From positions 1-56,768 of the forward strand of contig NW_026782945.1 in NCBI RefSeq assembly GCF_031769215.1: a stretch of 56,768 nucleotides of DNA, read 5' to 3'. Positions 47,319-55,635 of this stretch are shown here, piece after piece (positions within the stretch are counted from its first letter, which is position 1; every line of letters starts with the position of its first letter). This DNA is from Ylistrum balloti. Its lineage: Eukaryota. The position numbers and the translations under genes were made by a program. The notes below the pieces were generated by a model. It ran no database searches, was not told where the DNA came from, and worked only from the letters and a program-made list of their open reading frames with translations.

Positions 47319-47761
47319 TTAGGCTTGCGGATCACTTCTTTTAGGGGGTAATAACCTAAACTTCTGTCTCTTTTGGCACTTAACCATTCATCAGCCATCA
47401 CACAGCATTCTTCTAAAGTCTCGCCCTCAAACCGCTTACCGCAGTCATCGCCCTCATCAGCCCATGTGTGAACATATACAGGTGGCGTACAGCCATTAAA
47501 GCTGATATCAATAATGTTTAACCGGCAAAACGTTAATAAATCTTCTGCTGTATGTCTAGGTTTTACACTTTTACCATGAGGTGCCATAACACGGTTCCAG
47601 GTTTCGGTTACTTCCTGCTCTGTTGATTCTTCTGGGCCAAGCGCACCACAAAGGCACCAAGCCCTATAAGAAAAGACCTTTTCATTGGCGTAGATTTTTT
47701 CTATACTTACATCGCCAGCACCGCAAAATCTACAGTTTTCTATTTTTAGGTCTTTACTCAT
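47315..47761 (-). CDS. Lar-like restriction-alleviation/Zn-finger protein
   Basis: CRFCG...CLCGA.GP......A/V...WN.R pattern. Confidence 0.6.
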   Translation of the reverse strand: MSKDLKIENCRFCGAGDVSIEKIYANEKVFSYRAWCLCGALGPEESTEQEVTETWNRVMAPHGKSVKPRHTAEDLLTFCRLNIIDISFNGCTPPVYVHTWADEGDDCGKRFEGETLEECCVMADEWLSAKRDRSLGYYPLKEVIRKPK

Positions 47762-47952
47762 CGTAAATACCTCTTAGCTATATCTATACTCATGGCAAAG
47801 GTGCCAAAGATTAGAAAGCATAGTTCGATTAGGATTACTGTTTTTTCAAAGGTTCCTACTTCTGGCATGACTCGTAAGAACATATAAAAGAAGACAGAAC
47901 CTAGTGTTATGATTGTTAGAATACCTAGCTTGGCTAGTGTTTTAGATGTCAT
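47758..47952 (-). CDS. Small phage membrane protein
   Basis: ATG 47952 overlapping the upstream TGA; two hydrophobic helices. Confidence 0.5.
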   Translation of the reverse strand: MTSKTLAKLGILTIITLGSVFFYMFLRVMPEVGTFEKTVILIELCFLIFGTFAMSIDIAKRYLR

Positions 47953-48098
47953 TTCTTTACGTATCCCGCTGTTTCGCAAAGCTCTTTAATCTCCGATGGG
48001 TTAATGTTTTTACTTTCAGAAACAATAGCAACACCCGCGAAAATAAGAGGAGCCACGATAAGCACTATAAAAACTAAATCTTCGCCATCCAGTCTCAT
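47949..48098 (-). CDS. 49-aa single-helix membrane protein (not in ORF track)
   Basis: Hand translation MRLDGEDLVFIVLIVAPLIFAGVAIVSESK...GYVKK*; ATGA overlaps at both ends. Confidence 0.55.
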   Translation of the reverse strand: MRLDGEDLVFIVLIVAPLIFAGVAIVSESKNINPSEIKELCETAGYVKK

Positions 48099-48346
48099 GG
48101 CTTACTACCTTCTAGTTCGTTAATAATTGCGCTTAAATGTTTGGCTACACTGGCTAGTTTTTCAACGTCTTTCCAAGTTAGGGTTTCGGGTTCGCGCATG
48201 AGGGTATCTGTGTATGTCCTACTATCACGAGAGGCGCATGCAAGGCTATCGTTAATGTCAATAAGGCAGCAACGGATAGCGTTTTTTATGCGTATGGCTG
48301 GTGTGCCAAAATCTATCCTTTCGGGTGTTTCTTTATATGTGTTCAT
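48095..48346 (-). CDS. Hypothetical phage protein
   Basis: ORF in the early operon. Confidence 0.5.
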   Translation of the reverse strand: MNTYKETPERIDFGTPAIRIKNAIRCCLIDINDSLACASRDSRTYTDTLMREPETLTWKDVEKLASVAKHLSAIINELEGSKP

Positions 48347-48401
48347 TTTTGTTCCTTTTTTTAGTTTTAAAACGGTGCTTTAGGTTCTAAGTATTTCTTT
48401 C

Positions 48402-48447
48402 TAGTAACCGAAACTGACCGCAGTTCGCCGAAGTTGACCGAAGCTGG
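48402..48447. repeat. Phased 10-bp tandem repeat (consensus AAGTTGACCG)
   Basis: TAGTAACCG/AAACTGACCG/CAGTTCGCCG/AAGTTGACCG/AAGCTGG; CCG recurs every 10 nt. Confidence 0.7.
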
Positions 48448-48458
48448 TACTGCATTTG

Positions 48459-48698
48459 TCATTCTTGATATATGTCATTACCCGTTAACCGCTTTTTGAT
48501 TTTCGGGTCGACATATTCGGAATTTTTAATCATCCACGCTATAATGTCAGCCTTAAGGTAGCGCACGAAACGCCCTTTTTTAAAGTACTCAGGGCCTTTA
48601 CCGTCGCTACGCCACTGACGTAATGTATTAGGAGATAAGCCTAAAATGTCGGCCGCCTTTTTCTCATTTAATAAAACTAATGCTTTAGATGATTCCAT
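48459..48698 (-). CDS. AlpA/excisionase-type HTH early regulator (Ner position)
   Basis: AADILGLSPNTLRQWR..GKGP.Y.K.GR.VRY motif; divergent from the repressor. Confidence 0.85.
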   Translation of the reverse strand: MESSKALVLLNEKKAADILGLSPNTLRQWRSDGKGPEYFKKGRFVRYLKADIIAWMIKNSEYVDPKIKKRLTGNDIYQE

Positions 48699-48783
48699 AT
48701 TTTTCGTTTATTTTTATTATTTATGTATATTTGAGTATATTATTCCAAATTTGTCATATAAAGTCAAGTAAAAGGCGACATAA

Positions 48784-49305
48784 ATGGAAACAATTGGAAT
48801 AAGATTAAAAAAAATAAGGAACATCAACGACTTAACACAAAAGCAGATATCTAATGAATTAAAAATAACCGCTAGAAGCTGGCAACGATACGAAACAGAT
48901 GAAACATTTCCGACTACAGATCTAGCTATAAAGATCTGTTCCTTGTTCGACATCGACCCGACCTGGCTGCTAACAGGCGAAGGCGAAGAGCCGCAGCCTA
49001 TAAATAACCAGCAACAAAAAGCAGAGGTCGTGGTGCCGATCAACAAGAGGGTTGAACCCCACGCAACAACTCATGAAGGTGAAGCGTTATGCGCATCGCT
49101 GATCAACGCAGGAATAACCCTGGATTATTTAGCAAATATAGCTTTTATGAGGCCCGACGAAATACATAAAATGCTAGAACTAGACCAAATTCCACAAGAA
49201 AAACTAAATAGAATAAAGCTAGCCTTGGGGTACAACCCCTTAACCGAAGATCCACCTGACCTGGGGATAGACGGAACTGGAGGGCGGGAAACAGAAGTAA
49301 TATAA
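48784..49305 (+). CDS. XRE-family prophage repressor (no S24 peptidase domain seen)
   Basis: IG.RLK.IR....LTQ......L........RYE and WLLTGEG; divergent from the early operon. Confidence 0.85.
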   Translation: METIGIRLKKIRNINDLTQKQISNELKITARSWQRYETDETFPTTDLAIKICSLFDIDPTWLLTGEGEEPQPINNQQQKAEVVVPINKRVEPHATTHEGEALCASLINAGITLDYLANIAFMRPDEIHKMLELDQIPQEKLNRIKLALGYNPLTEDPPDLGIDGTGGRETEVI

Positions 49306-49425
49306 TATCATTATCAACTAAAAAGAAGCTAAATAGAAATATTATTTACACTAAAAGAAGACAAAAATTACATTTAATCAATAACCAAAACCTACAGCTT
49401 GTAATGAGTTTTTAAGGGGGGAGCC

Positions 49426-49881
49426 ATGAAAACAGTTAAATATATGGTTATATTAACCATTTTATTGCAAGCCCATACAAGCAACGCGGAGGTAGCCACC
49501 GCCATCCCAGCACTAAAGGGTAAAAAAGAACACGTAGATCTCATTTACAGTAAATGGCGTATCCTACATCAGCATTGTCCAGGGCTGTCTAAATATCAAC
49601 ACCTTTTAGAATTTCAGGGAATTACCCCCTTCTTCCTAACACAAGACCCAAATGACCCACTATCACGTATCGAAGTCGTATACAAAGTTACAGATGATTA
49701 TAAAAAGCTTCCTTATGAAATATTTTCAGCAAATGGCCATACCTGTCGTTACGGTATATCACCTAACGGCAATATGATAAGAATACAGAAATCTATATGT
49801 ACATCGGTTTGCCTAGCCAGAAAGTACGACAATGGCGGCGCGGACTACTACCGCAGGCTTGATCGACCACCGTTGCAATAA
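49426..49881 (+). CDS. Secreted hypothetical protein co-oriented with the repressor
   Basis: GGGGGAG RBS, signal-peptide-like N-terminus, four Cys. Confidence 0.65.
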   Translation: MKTVKYMVILTILLQAHTSNAEVATAIPALKGKKEHVDLIYSKWRILHQHCPGLSKYQHLLEFQGITPFFLTQDPNDPLSRIEVVYKVTDDYKKLPYEIFSANGHTCRYGISPNGNMIRIQKSICTSVCLARKYDNGGADYYRRLDRPPLQ

Positions 49882-49955
49882 TCTTACAATTTCTTTGCAG
49901 CGAATTATAAATATTGCAAGCAAATTGTCCTTTTTGGTGGAAATGGCTAAAAACA

Positions 49956-49984
49956 GGGACAGAGGTTTGCAAATCTTTTTCGTG
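49956..49984 (+). repeat. Internal direct copy of the opposite terminal site (candidate transposase-binding site)
   Basis: GGGACAGAGGTTTGCAAATCTTTTTCGTG vs 10506-10533 GGGACACGAGGTTTGCAACTTTTTCGTG. Confidence 0.7.
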
Positions 49985-50030
49985 ATTTTTAATTGTTTGA
50001 TGTTGCTTGAGGCCGCATAAACATTAATTC

Positions 50031-50070
50031 CATCCAGCCTCATCCAGCTTTATCCGATCCCATCCAGCTT
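50031..50070. repeat. Phased 10-bp subterminal tandem repeat (consensus CATCCAGCTT)
   Basis: CATCCAGCCT/CATCCAGCTT/TATCCGATCC/CATCCAGCTT. Confidence 0.75.
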
Positions 50071-50071
50071 T

Positions 50072-50095
50072 TTTCAAACGTTGTGACTCCTGACA
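50072..50095 (-). repeat. Prophage terminal inverted repeat (repressor end)
   Basis: Ends in ...TGACA; 17/24 match to the other terminus. Confidence 0.85.
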
Positions 50096-50547
50096 GCAGC
50101 AAAACAACTAAAGAGTACTAATTCTTCTTTAGCGATTATTAGCGCACGTTGAAAACGTTTGATGGCCAAATTATAGCGAAATAGTTTCAAAATATGTACT
50201 AATCTAAAAAGTCTAAAGATACGTACCATACGGAGATCAAGGCCAGGAAAACAGTAAAATGGGACTATTGCTATCAAATCTAAGACGCCATAAAAACTAA
50301 ATACAAAATTACATTTCTTTTCTTTTGCCAAAAATCGCAGCAGATATTCTAATGTAAAAATACCTACTGTAATAGCTTCGATCATATGTAATATTTTTTT
50401 TGTGCTATCGGATAAATTTGGTAACGTCTCAACAGAAAAAGATATAAGCGAAAGAATGATTAGTATTTCTATAGAAAAAGTAAAAATCTTCCCTGCTAGA
50501 TGATCTGTATCATTAACAACTTTTTGCAGTATATTTTTATGTATCAA
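50074..50547 (-). pseudogene. Voltage-gated-type K+ channel (ion_trans family), truncated by the prophage end at 50095/50096
   Basis: FTLEY.LR, DLIAIVPF, S4-like LRMVRIFRLFRL..ILKLFRY. Stops in S5 with no pore loop (no TVGYG). The last residues VRSHNV come from the phage end. Confidence 0.88.
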
Positions 50548-50704
50548 ACTGTAATTCTCCTTTTAGGCTTGCTCAGCAAATGACACGCATTTATATTCGA
50601 CTCAGCAACATCAATCATATTAGCTTTTACAACAAATATTGTATATCTATAGGCTACTTTCAGAATTTATATTGACCTGAATTACCTTTGATCTGTTACC
50701 ATAA

Positions 50705-50890
50705 GCATACACAGGTGGTATAAGGCTTTATCTTAAGTTCTTGCCATAATCGGGAAGCCGGTGTAATTCCGGCACGGTCGCGCCACTGTGAACGTAGAAT
50801 TTGGTCTCATATAGATACCACTGTTCGACTTTTAGAATGGGAAGGTAAGATCAAATAATGATACGTAAGTCAGGAGACCGGCCTGTGTAT
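50705..50890 (+). ncRNA. Cobalamin riboswitch
   Basis: AGGTG...AATCGGGAAGCCGGTGTAATTCCGGCACGGTCGCGCCACTGTGA...CCACTG...TGGGAAGG...AAGTCAGGAGACCGGCCTGT; lies upstream of an ABC uptake operon. Confidence 0.93.
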
Positions 50891-50988
50891 TAATCGACAG
50901 TTGCTCTTCGCGAAAAAGGGCTTATGTCTTGCGAGGTATTGCTGGATATCTTAAGTATTTCTTCTAGCTGCCATCTGCAAACAGCCAC

Positions 50989-52293
50989 GTGTTTTCTTCT
51001 GTCATTCTAAGTGAAAAATTAAACTCTTCTGGAACTTACAGAATAAAAGCTTTAAGTATGATGGCTATCAAACAACAATACAAAATGTGCTCTTTATACA
51101 TAGTAGTCTGCTTTTTTACAGCTATCTGGTTAGCGTTCTTATTACTATCTACGGTATGGGCTGCTTCTAACCAACAATTGTCAACTTCTGTATCTATAGT
51201 AGCAACTCCTCTAAAACCAACAACACAATTACCTATAGATTTTTGTCATTCAGATACCTCTTGGAAAAGGTTAGCTAAAAAAGTTCACATTCGTCGTGCT
51301 AATTTTCAGATTGAATATGGCCCTGGTTATAAGAAGCTTATTGTTAAGCAACCCTGGAAAAATGCACCACCAAGGATACTACTTTTAAAGTGTCAAAATA
51401 CTCAGGCTCATAATATTGATTACGATTATATTGTAGATTTACCTTTACAGCGTATTGCGATAAATGGTAGTCCTGTTGTTCACCATTTTGTCCTCCTTAA
51501 TGCTGTAGATAAAATTGCTGCCATTCATAATGCAGACCTTATTGTCGATCTTAATATAAAGCATCTCCTTATTAATAAGAAAATCATTTCTTTAGGTTCT
51601 GGCCCCAAAATTGCTCCTGAGCCGGTTTTAAGAGCTAATCTAGACTTGTTTTATAGCTTTATTTTTGGCAATCCAGAAGACACAATTCATCCTGTTTTGA
51701 AATCACAAATTCCGTTTGCCATTTTTGCAGACTACCTAGAAAACCATCCTCTAGGTAGAGCCGAATGGTTACTATTTACAGCAGCACTTGTAGATCAAGA
51801 AGAGATTGCACTTGCGATGTTAAACGATGTGGAACAACAATATCAACGGATTAAAAACGATATTCAACAACAACCTATTCCTGTACTTGCAGGCGAGGCT
51901 TATGGTGGCGTTTGGTATATAGCAGGCAAAGACAGCTATAAAGCACAACTAATACGTGATGCAGGTGGCTATACATTGCCGCAACGGGATGGTCCTATGA
52001 GTATTAGTGTCGATTTTGAAACAATCTTACGAGAAGCACATACTACCCAAATATGGTTAGTCAATCAGGTTAAACATAAACAAGAACTTTTGGCAGCAGA
52101 ACCACACGTAGAAACACTTCCTGTGTGGAAAAACAAACAAATTTATGCCCACGATTTGCGTAATGATTACTGGGAACGAGGGGTTGTTAACCCTCATATT
52201 CTCTTACAAGATTTAGCAACTATTTTTAATGCTATCACACGTCAACATCGCCCAAACCACCTCTATTTTTATCGTCAGGTTCCAGGTCTGTAA
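50989..52293 (+). CDS. Cobalamin/iron-chelate ABC transporter substrate-binding protein (true start probably a downstream ATG)
   Basis: DY.E.HPLGRAEW, W...G..SY.A..I.DAGG, YWE.GVV.P...L.DL motifs. Confidence 0.85.
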   Translation: MFSSVILSEKLNSSGTYRIKALSMMAIKQQYKMCSLYIVVCFFTAIWLAFLLLSTVWAASNQQLSTSVSIVATPLKPTTQLPIDFCHSDTSWKRLAKKVHIRRANFQIEYGPGYKKLIVKQPWKNAPPRILLLKCQNTQAHNIDYDYIVDLPLQRIAINGSPVVHHFVLLNAVDKIAAIHNADLIVDLNIKHLLINKKIISLGSGPKIAPEPVLRANLDLFYSFIFGNPEDTIHPVLKSQIPFAIFADYLENHPLGRAEWLLFTAALVDQEEIALAMLNDVEQQYQRIKNDIQQQPIPVLAGEAYGGVWYIAGKDSYKAQLIRDAGGYTLPQRDGPMSISVDFETILREAHTTQIWLVNQVKHKQELLAAEPHVETLPVWKNKQIYAHDLRNDYWERGVVNPHILLQDLATIFNAITRQHRPNHLYFYRQVPGL

Positions 52294-52299
52294 CAAAAC

Positions 52300-53286
52300 A
52301 TGTTCACTTTCAAAGCCATACCAATAACGGTTATTTTACTTTTGATTGTCACTACCTTTTCTATCTTACTTACGGACCAACAATATGGTGTTTTTGATCT
52401 TTGGCAGGTTGCACATGCAACTAATACAGATGCTCTTATCCTGTTACAAATTCGCTTACCCCGTTTACTAGCATCAAGTTTTGGTGGCGCGGCATTAGCA
52501 CTATCAGGGCTTTTATTACAGACTTATTTTCGTAACCCTTTAGCGGGTCCATCTGTGCTTGGACATAGCTCTGGAGCTTCTTTAGCTGTTGCGACAATGG
52601 TCTTATTTGATACATCAAGCTCATTTGCTGGTGGTAGTTTTAGTCGTGCTTTTGTTGGTGGTCTTGGTGTTGCCAGTGTCAGTATATTGATTACAGTCAT
52701 TGGGACAAAACTACGACCAACAACACTCTTGTTGGTTGGGCTACTTTTAGGGTTTACACTCGGGGGTATTGTTGCCATCATGGTTCAGTTTAGTACGCCA
52801 GAACAAATTCAAAGTTTTTTAATCTGGACGTATGGCAGCTTTGGTTCTTTGAACTTACAACAAGCTAAACTTATGGTTTGTATGATATTGCCAGCATTGG
52901 CGATTGCTTGGTTCGGATGGCGGCATTGGGATGCCTTATTACTTGGAGAAGAGACTGCGACAACATTAGGATTTTCAACACAGCGTTTACAGTGGTTACT
53001 TTTGGTTATCACGTCTATTTTAACTGGTGTCACAACTGCTTTTTGTGGACCGATTGCTTTTATTGGTGTTGCAACTCCGCATTTGTCACGCACCTTATTT
53101 CGAATCTCTAGTCATAAATTTTTGGTACCAGCAACGATTATAACGGGCGCTTTAGTTGGTATGCTTGCAGATTTAGCTTGTTATCTTGTTGCTGGTCGTA
53201 TTTTGCCACTTTCTGCAGTGACTGCTCTTTTTGGGGCTCCGATTTTAATTTTGATTATTCTAAGAGGTCAACGTGCTCAGCTGTAA
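52300..53286 (+). CDS. BtuC/FecCD-family ABC permease
   Basis: IRLPR, GLLLQT.FRNPLAGP.VLG.SSGA, GPIAFIG motifs. Confidence 0.92.
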   Translation: MFTFKAIPITVILLLIVTTFSILLTDQQYGVFDLWQVAHATNTDALILLQIRLPRLLASSFGGAALALSGLLLQTYFRNPLAGPSVLGHSSGASLAVATMVLFDTSSSFAGGSFSRAFVGGLGVASVSILITVIGTKLRPTTLLLVGLLLGFTLGGIVAIMVQFSTPEQIQSFLIWTYGSFGSLNLQQAKLMVCMILPALAIAWFGWRHWDALLLGEETATTLGFSTQRLQWLLLVITSILTGVTTAFCGPIAFIGVATPHLSRTLFRISSHKFLVPATIITGALVGMLADLACYLVAGRILPLSAVTALFGAPILILIILRGQRAQL

Positions 53287-54292
53287 TGTTGCCATTGGTT
53301 ATACGAAGACGATTCAATCGGATATCTCTGGTCAACTTCGACGCGGTGAGATTTTAGCCGTTATGGGTAACAATGGCATGGGAAAATCGACTTTTTTACG
53401 GACCGCATCTGGGCTACTTCCGCCACGCAGTGGAACTATTACCTGGCTAGATGACAATCGCGAACTTAACATTTCAAAAACGTCACCTTATATGCGAAGT
53501 CAACTCTTAGGTGCTATATTTCCGAGCCAGGCACCTTTTTATTTACAGGTTTCTGACTATATTGCTGCTGCAACATTACGAGAACAAAACCTGCTCTTTT
53601 CTAAAGATCAGCAAGCAGACCTTTGGGCAGCTATGTCTGAACTCAATATTGAGCAGTTGTCAGGCAAACGTGTCAACGAATTATCTAGCGGCCAGTGGCA
53701 ACGTGTACAATTAGCTAGACTCTGGCTACAGCAGGTTCCCTTATGGTTTCTAGATGAACCAACGGCACATCTAGACTGGCATAGTTCGCTACAACTTTAC
53801 CACTGGTTGCGTCAACAAGCAGATGATTATGGCCGTACAATTGTCTTAACATCTCACGACTGGTCATCTATTTTAACCATTGCAGACCAAATTCTACTGT
53901 TTGATGATCAAGATACTCAAAATTACTTTTGGAGTCCCGAAGCCATTGCCCAACAAACACCCTGGAGCCAAGACGCTAAATATAGCTATGACCCATTACA
54001 ACATGTTATTCCTTTTCTAATAGAGCATGAAACTTGGCAAAAGATTATCGTCAAAGGTACTTATGACCAATGGAGTTTACATGCCATACGTCGGGCAGCA
54101 TTATGTCCCGTTACACACCCTAAACAGGAAAAGGAATCATTGACACAATTAACCTGCGTGTTTACAACACCTACGAGTGGTCAATTAGCTTTAGAAAATC
54201 AGCAATTTACATTTGACACGATACAAGAATTAGTACGAACTCTTCGTTACCTGACAACGTCTCATTTTAAGTCTAGAGATTTAGATATTTAA
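53273..54292 (+). CDS. BtuD-like ABC ATPase
   Basis: GNNGMGKST, LSSGQWQR, LDEPT, SHD. Confidence 0.92.
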   Translation: MLSCNVAIGYTKTIQSDISGQLRRGEILAVMGNNGMGKSTFLRTASGLLPPRSGTITWLDDNRELNISKTSPYMRSQLLGAIFPSQAPFYLQVSDYIAAATLREQNLLFSKDQQADLWAAMSELNIEQLSGKRVNELSSGQWQRVQLARLWLQQVPLWFLDEPTAHLDWHSSLQLYHWLRQQADDYGRTIVLTSHDWSSILTIADQILLFDDQDTQNYFWSPEAIAQQTPWSQDAKYSYDPLQHVIPFLIEHETWQKIIVKGTYDQWSLHAIRRAALCPVTHPKQEKESLTQLTCVFTTPTSGQLALENQQFTFDTIQELVRTLRYLTTSHFKSRDLDI

Positions 54293-54301
54293 AGGTGCAC
54301 T

Positions 54302-55228
54302 ATGAAAACAGCTGTCTCTTTTTTACCCGCTGCAACACAAACAATACTTGACCTTAATGCTAAACATTGTTTACGCGGCGTTACATTTGAATGCCCAGAG
54401 TCAGCCCGCCGCGATTTACCGATTATTGTCCACTGCCACCTTGATGTCGAACATACGACAAGCCAAGATATTGATCGTTTGTTTAGTAGTTATGCTCAAA
54501 CAGGTAAACCTTTATATTGGGTTGATGATCAGAAGCTCCAACTTGCTGCTCCTGAAGTTGTTTTTACACAAGATGTTTGTGATATCTGTCAAATTGATAC
54601 CAAATGTACACAAGCATCTTTAGACAAATTGTCTATTATGCCTGAAATCATACGTTTAACCCCACAAAGTTTAGATGATGTTTTTATGGATGCGTCACGG
54701 ATTGCCTCTGCGATTGGTCAACATGAAAGGGGTCAACAATTTATTACAAACCTACGCACGCGTTTACAAATCATTGTAGAAACGCTGCGCAAACACCAAG
54801 CGCCTTTGCGTCGTGTTTCTTTACTTGAATGGTTAGACCCTATCTATAATTGTGGCCATTGGATTCCTGAGCAACTTGCTTATGCAGGTGGTATCGACAT
54901 GCTGTCACATCCACGCGGTGACAGTATCCGTATTGATTGGGAAACCATACGCCGCTATGATCCAGAGATCATTTGTCTTGCCCCTTGTGGTTTTGATGTT
55001 ACACGTTCATTGCAAGAATTAGAACCCTTTATGCAGTTACCTGGTTTACAAGATCTACAAGCTTGGCAACAAGATACTATTTTTGTACTTGACTATACCT
55101 ATTTCACACAGCCTTCAATTCGTACCAATGTAGAAGGTATTGAACTTCTTGCCCATTTATTTCACCCAGAGCTATTTCCTGAACCTGTTCCTGAAGGAGA
55201 TACTTGGATACGTCTTAAGCATCACTAG
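54302..55228 (+). CDS. Second BtuF-like cobalamin-binding protein
   Basis: SFLPAAT, GVTFECP, EW.DP.YN.GHW.PE...AGG, PCGF, FTQPS motifs. Confidence 0.8.
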   Translation: MKTAVSFLPAATQTILDLNAKHCLRGVTFECPESARRDLPIIVHCHLDVEHTTSQDIDRLFSSYAQTGKPLYWVDDQKLQLAAPEVVFTQDVCDICQIDTKCTQASLDKLSIMPEIIRLTPQSLDDVFMDASRIASAIGQHERGQQFITNLRTRLQIIVETLRKHQAPLRRVSLLEWLDPIYNCGHWIPEQLAYAGGIDMLSHPRGDSIRIDWETIRRYDPEIICLAPCGFDVTRSLQELEPFMQLPGLQDLQAWQQDTIFVLDYTYFTQPSIRTNVEGIELLAHLFHPELFPEPVPEGDTWIRLKHH

Positions 55229-55230
55229 CT

Positions 55231-55635
55231 ATGACCGATCCCTCATTGACAACTAAATACTGCCATCACTGTCAACAATCTTTTACCTGCAAACAAGCTC
55301 AGGGTTGTTGGTGTGAGACAGTACCACCTATCTTTGCCCTCACAACAACAGGCTGTCTTTGCCCCGTCTGTCTTCAAGAGTCAGCACATCGTTTAATTCA
55401 ACAACATATGCAATCAGCACCTGCTGGTAGCCCTGCCCATGAAGCTTGGTGGGCAACGACCAAGCAAGAACAACGTTTATATGAAGGTTACGATTATACA
55501 GTTGATCCAATCACTGGCTATAAAGTTATGAGTGCTTGGTATTTATATCGACGGGGACACTGCTGTGGTAATGGTTGCCAGAACTGTCCTTATGAAAGCT
55601 TACATACAGATATTCGCGGTAGAACATTGTCATGA
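55231..55635 (+). CDS. Cys-rich CWC-like domain fused to a DUF5522-like domain
   Basis: CHHC..F.C....CWC...CLC..CL; C-terminal RG.CCG.GC..CPY. Confidence 0.75.
   Translation: MTDPSLTTKYCHHCQQSFTCKQAQGCWCETVPPIFALTTTGCLCPVCLQESAHRLIQQHMQSAPAGSPAHEAWWATTKQEQRLYEGYDYTVDPITGYKVMSAWYLYRRGHCCGNGCQNCPYESLHTDIRGRTLS

Larger units (their letters stand above)
10500..50095 (-). mobile_element. Mu-like transposable prophage, 39,596 bp (myovirus-type tail)
   Basis: TG at 10500 and CA at 50094-50095 with imperfect inverted ends; MuA, MuB, Gam, GemA, Mor, terminase, portal, F, I, T, sheath, tube, tape measure and baseplate genes in Mu order. Confidence 0.95.

Noticed and set aside
48717-49046. Antisense ORF over the repressor, and the many other opposite-strand ORFs in the track (e.g. 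1861-2136, 19923-20429, 31946-32320, 49813-50043)
   Set aside because: They overlap well-supported genes, lack recognisable motifs and look like shadow ORFs.
50031-50070. Mini CRISPR array or DGR repeat
   Set aside because: The units are 10 bp and contiguous with no spacers. No cas or reverse-transcriptase gene is in the window.
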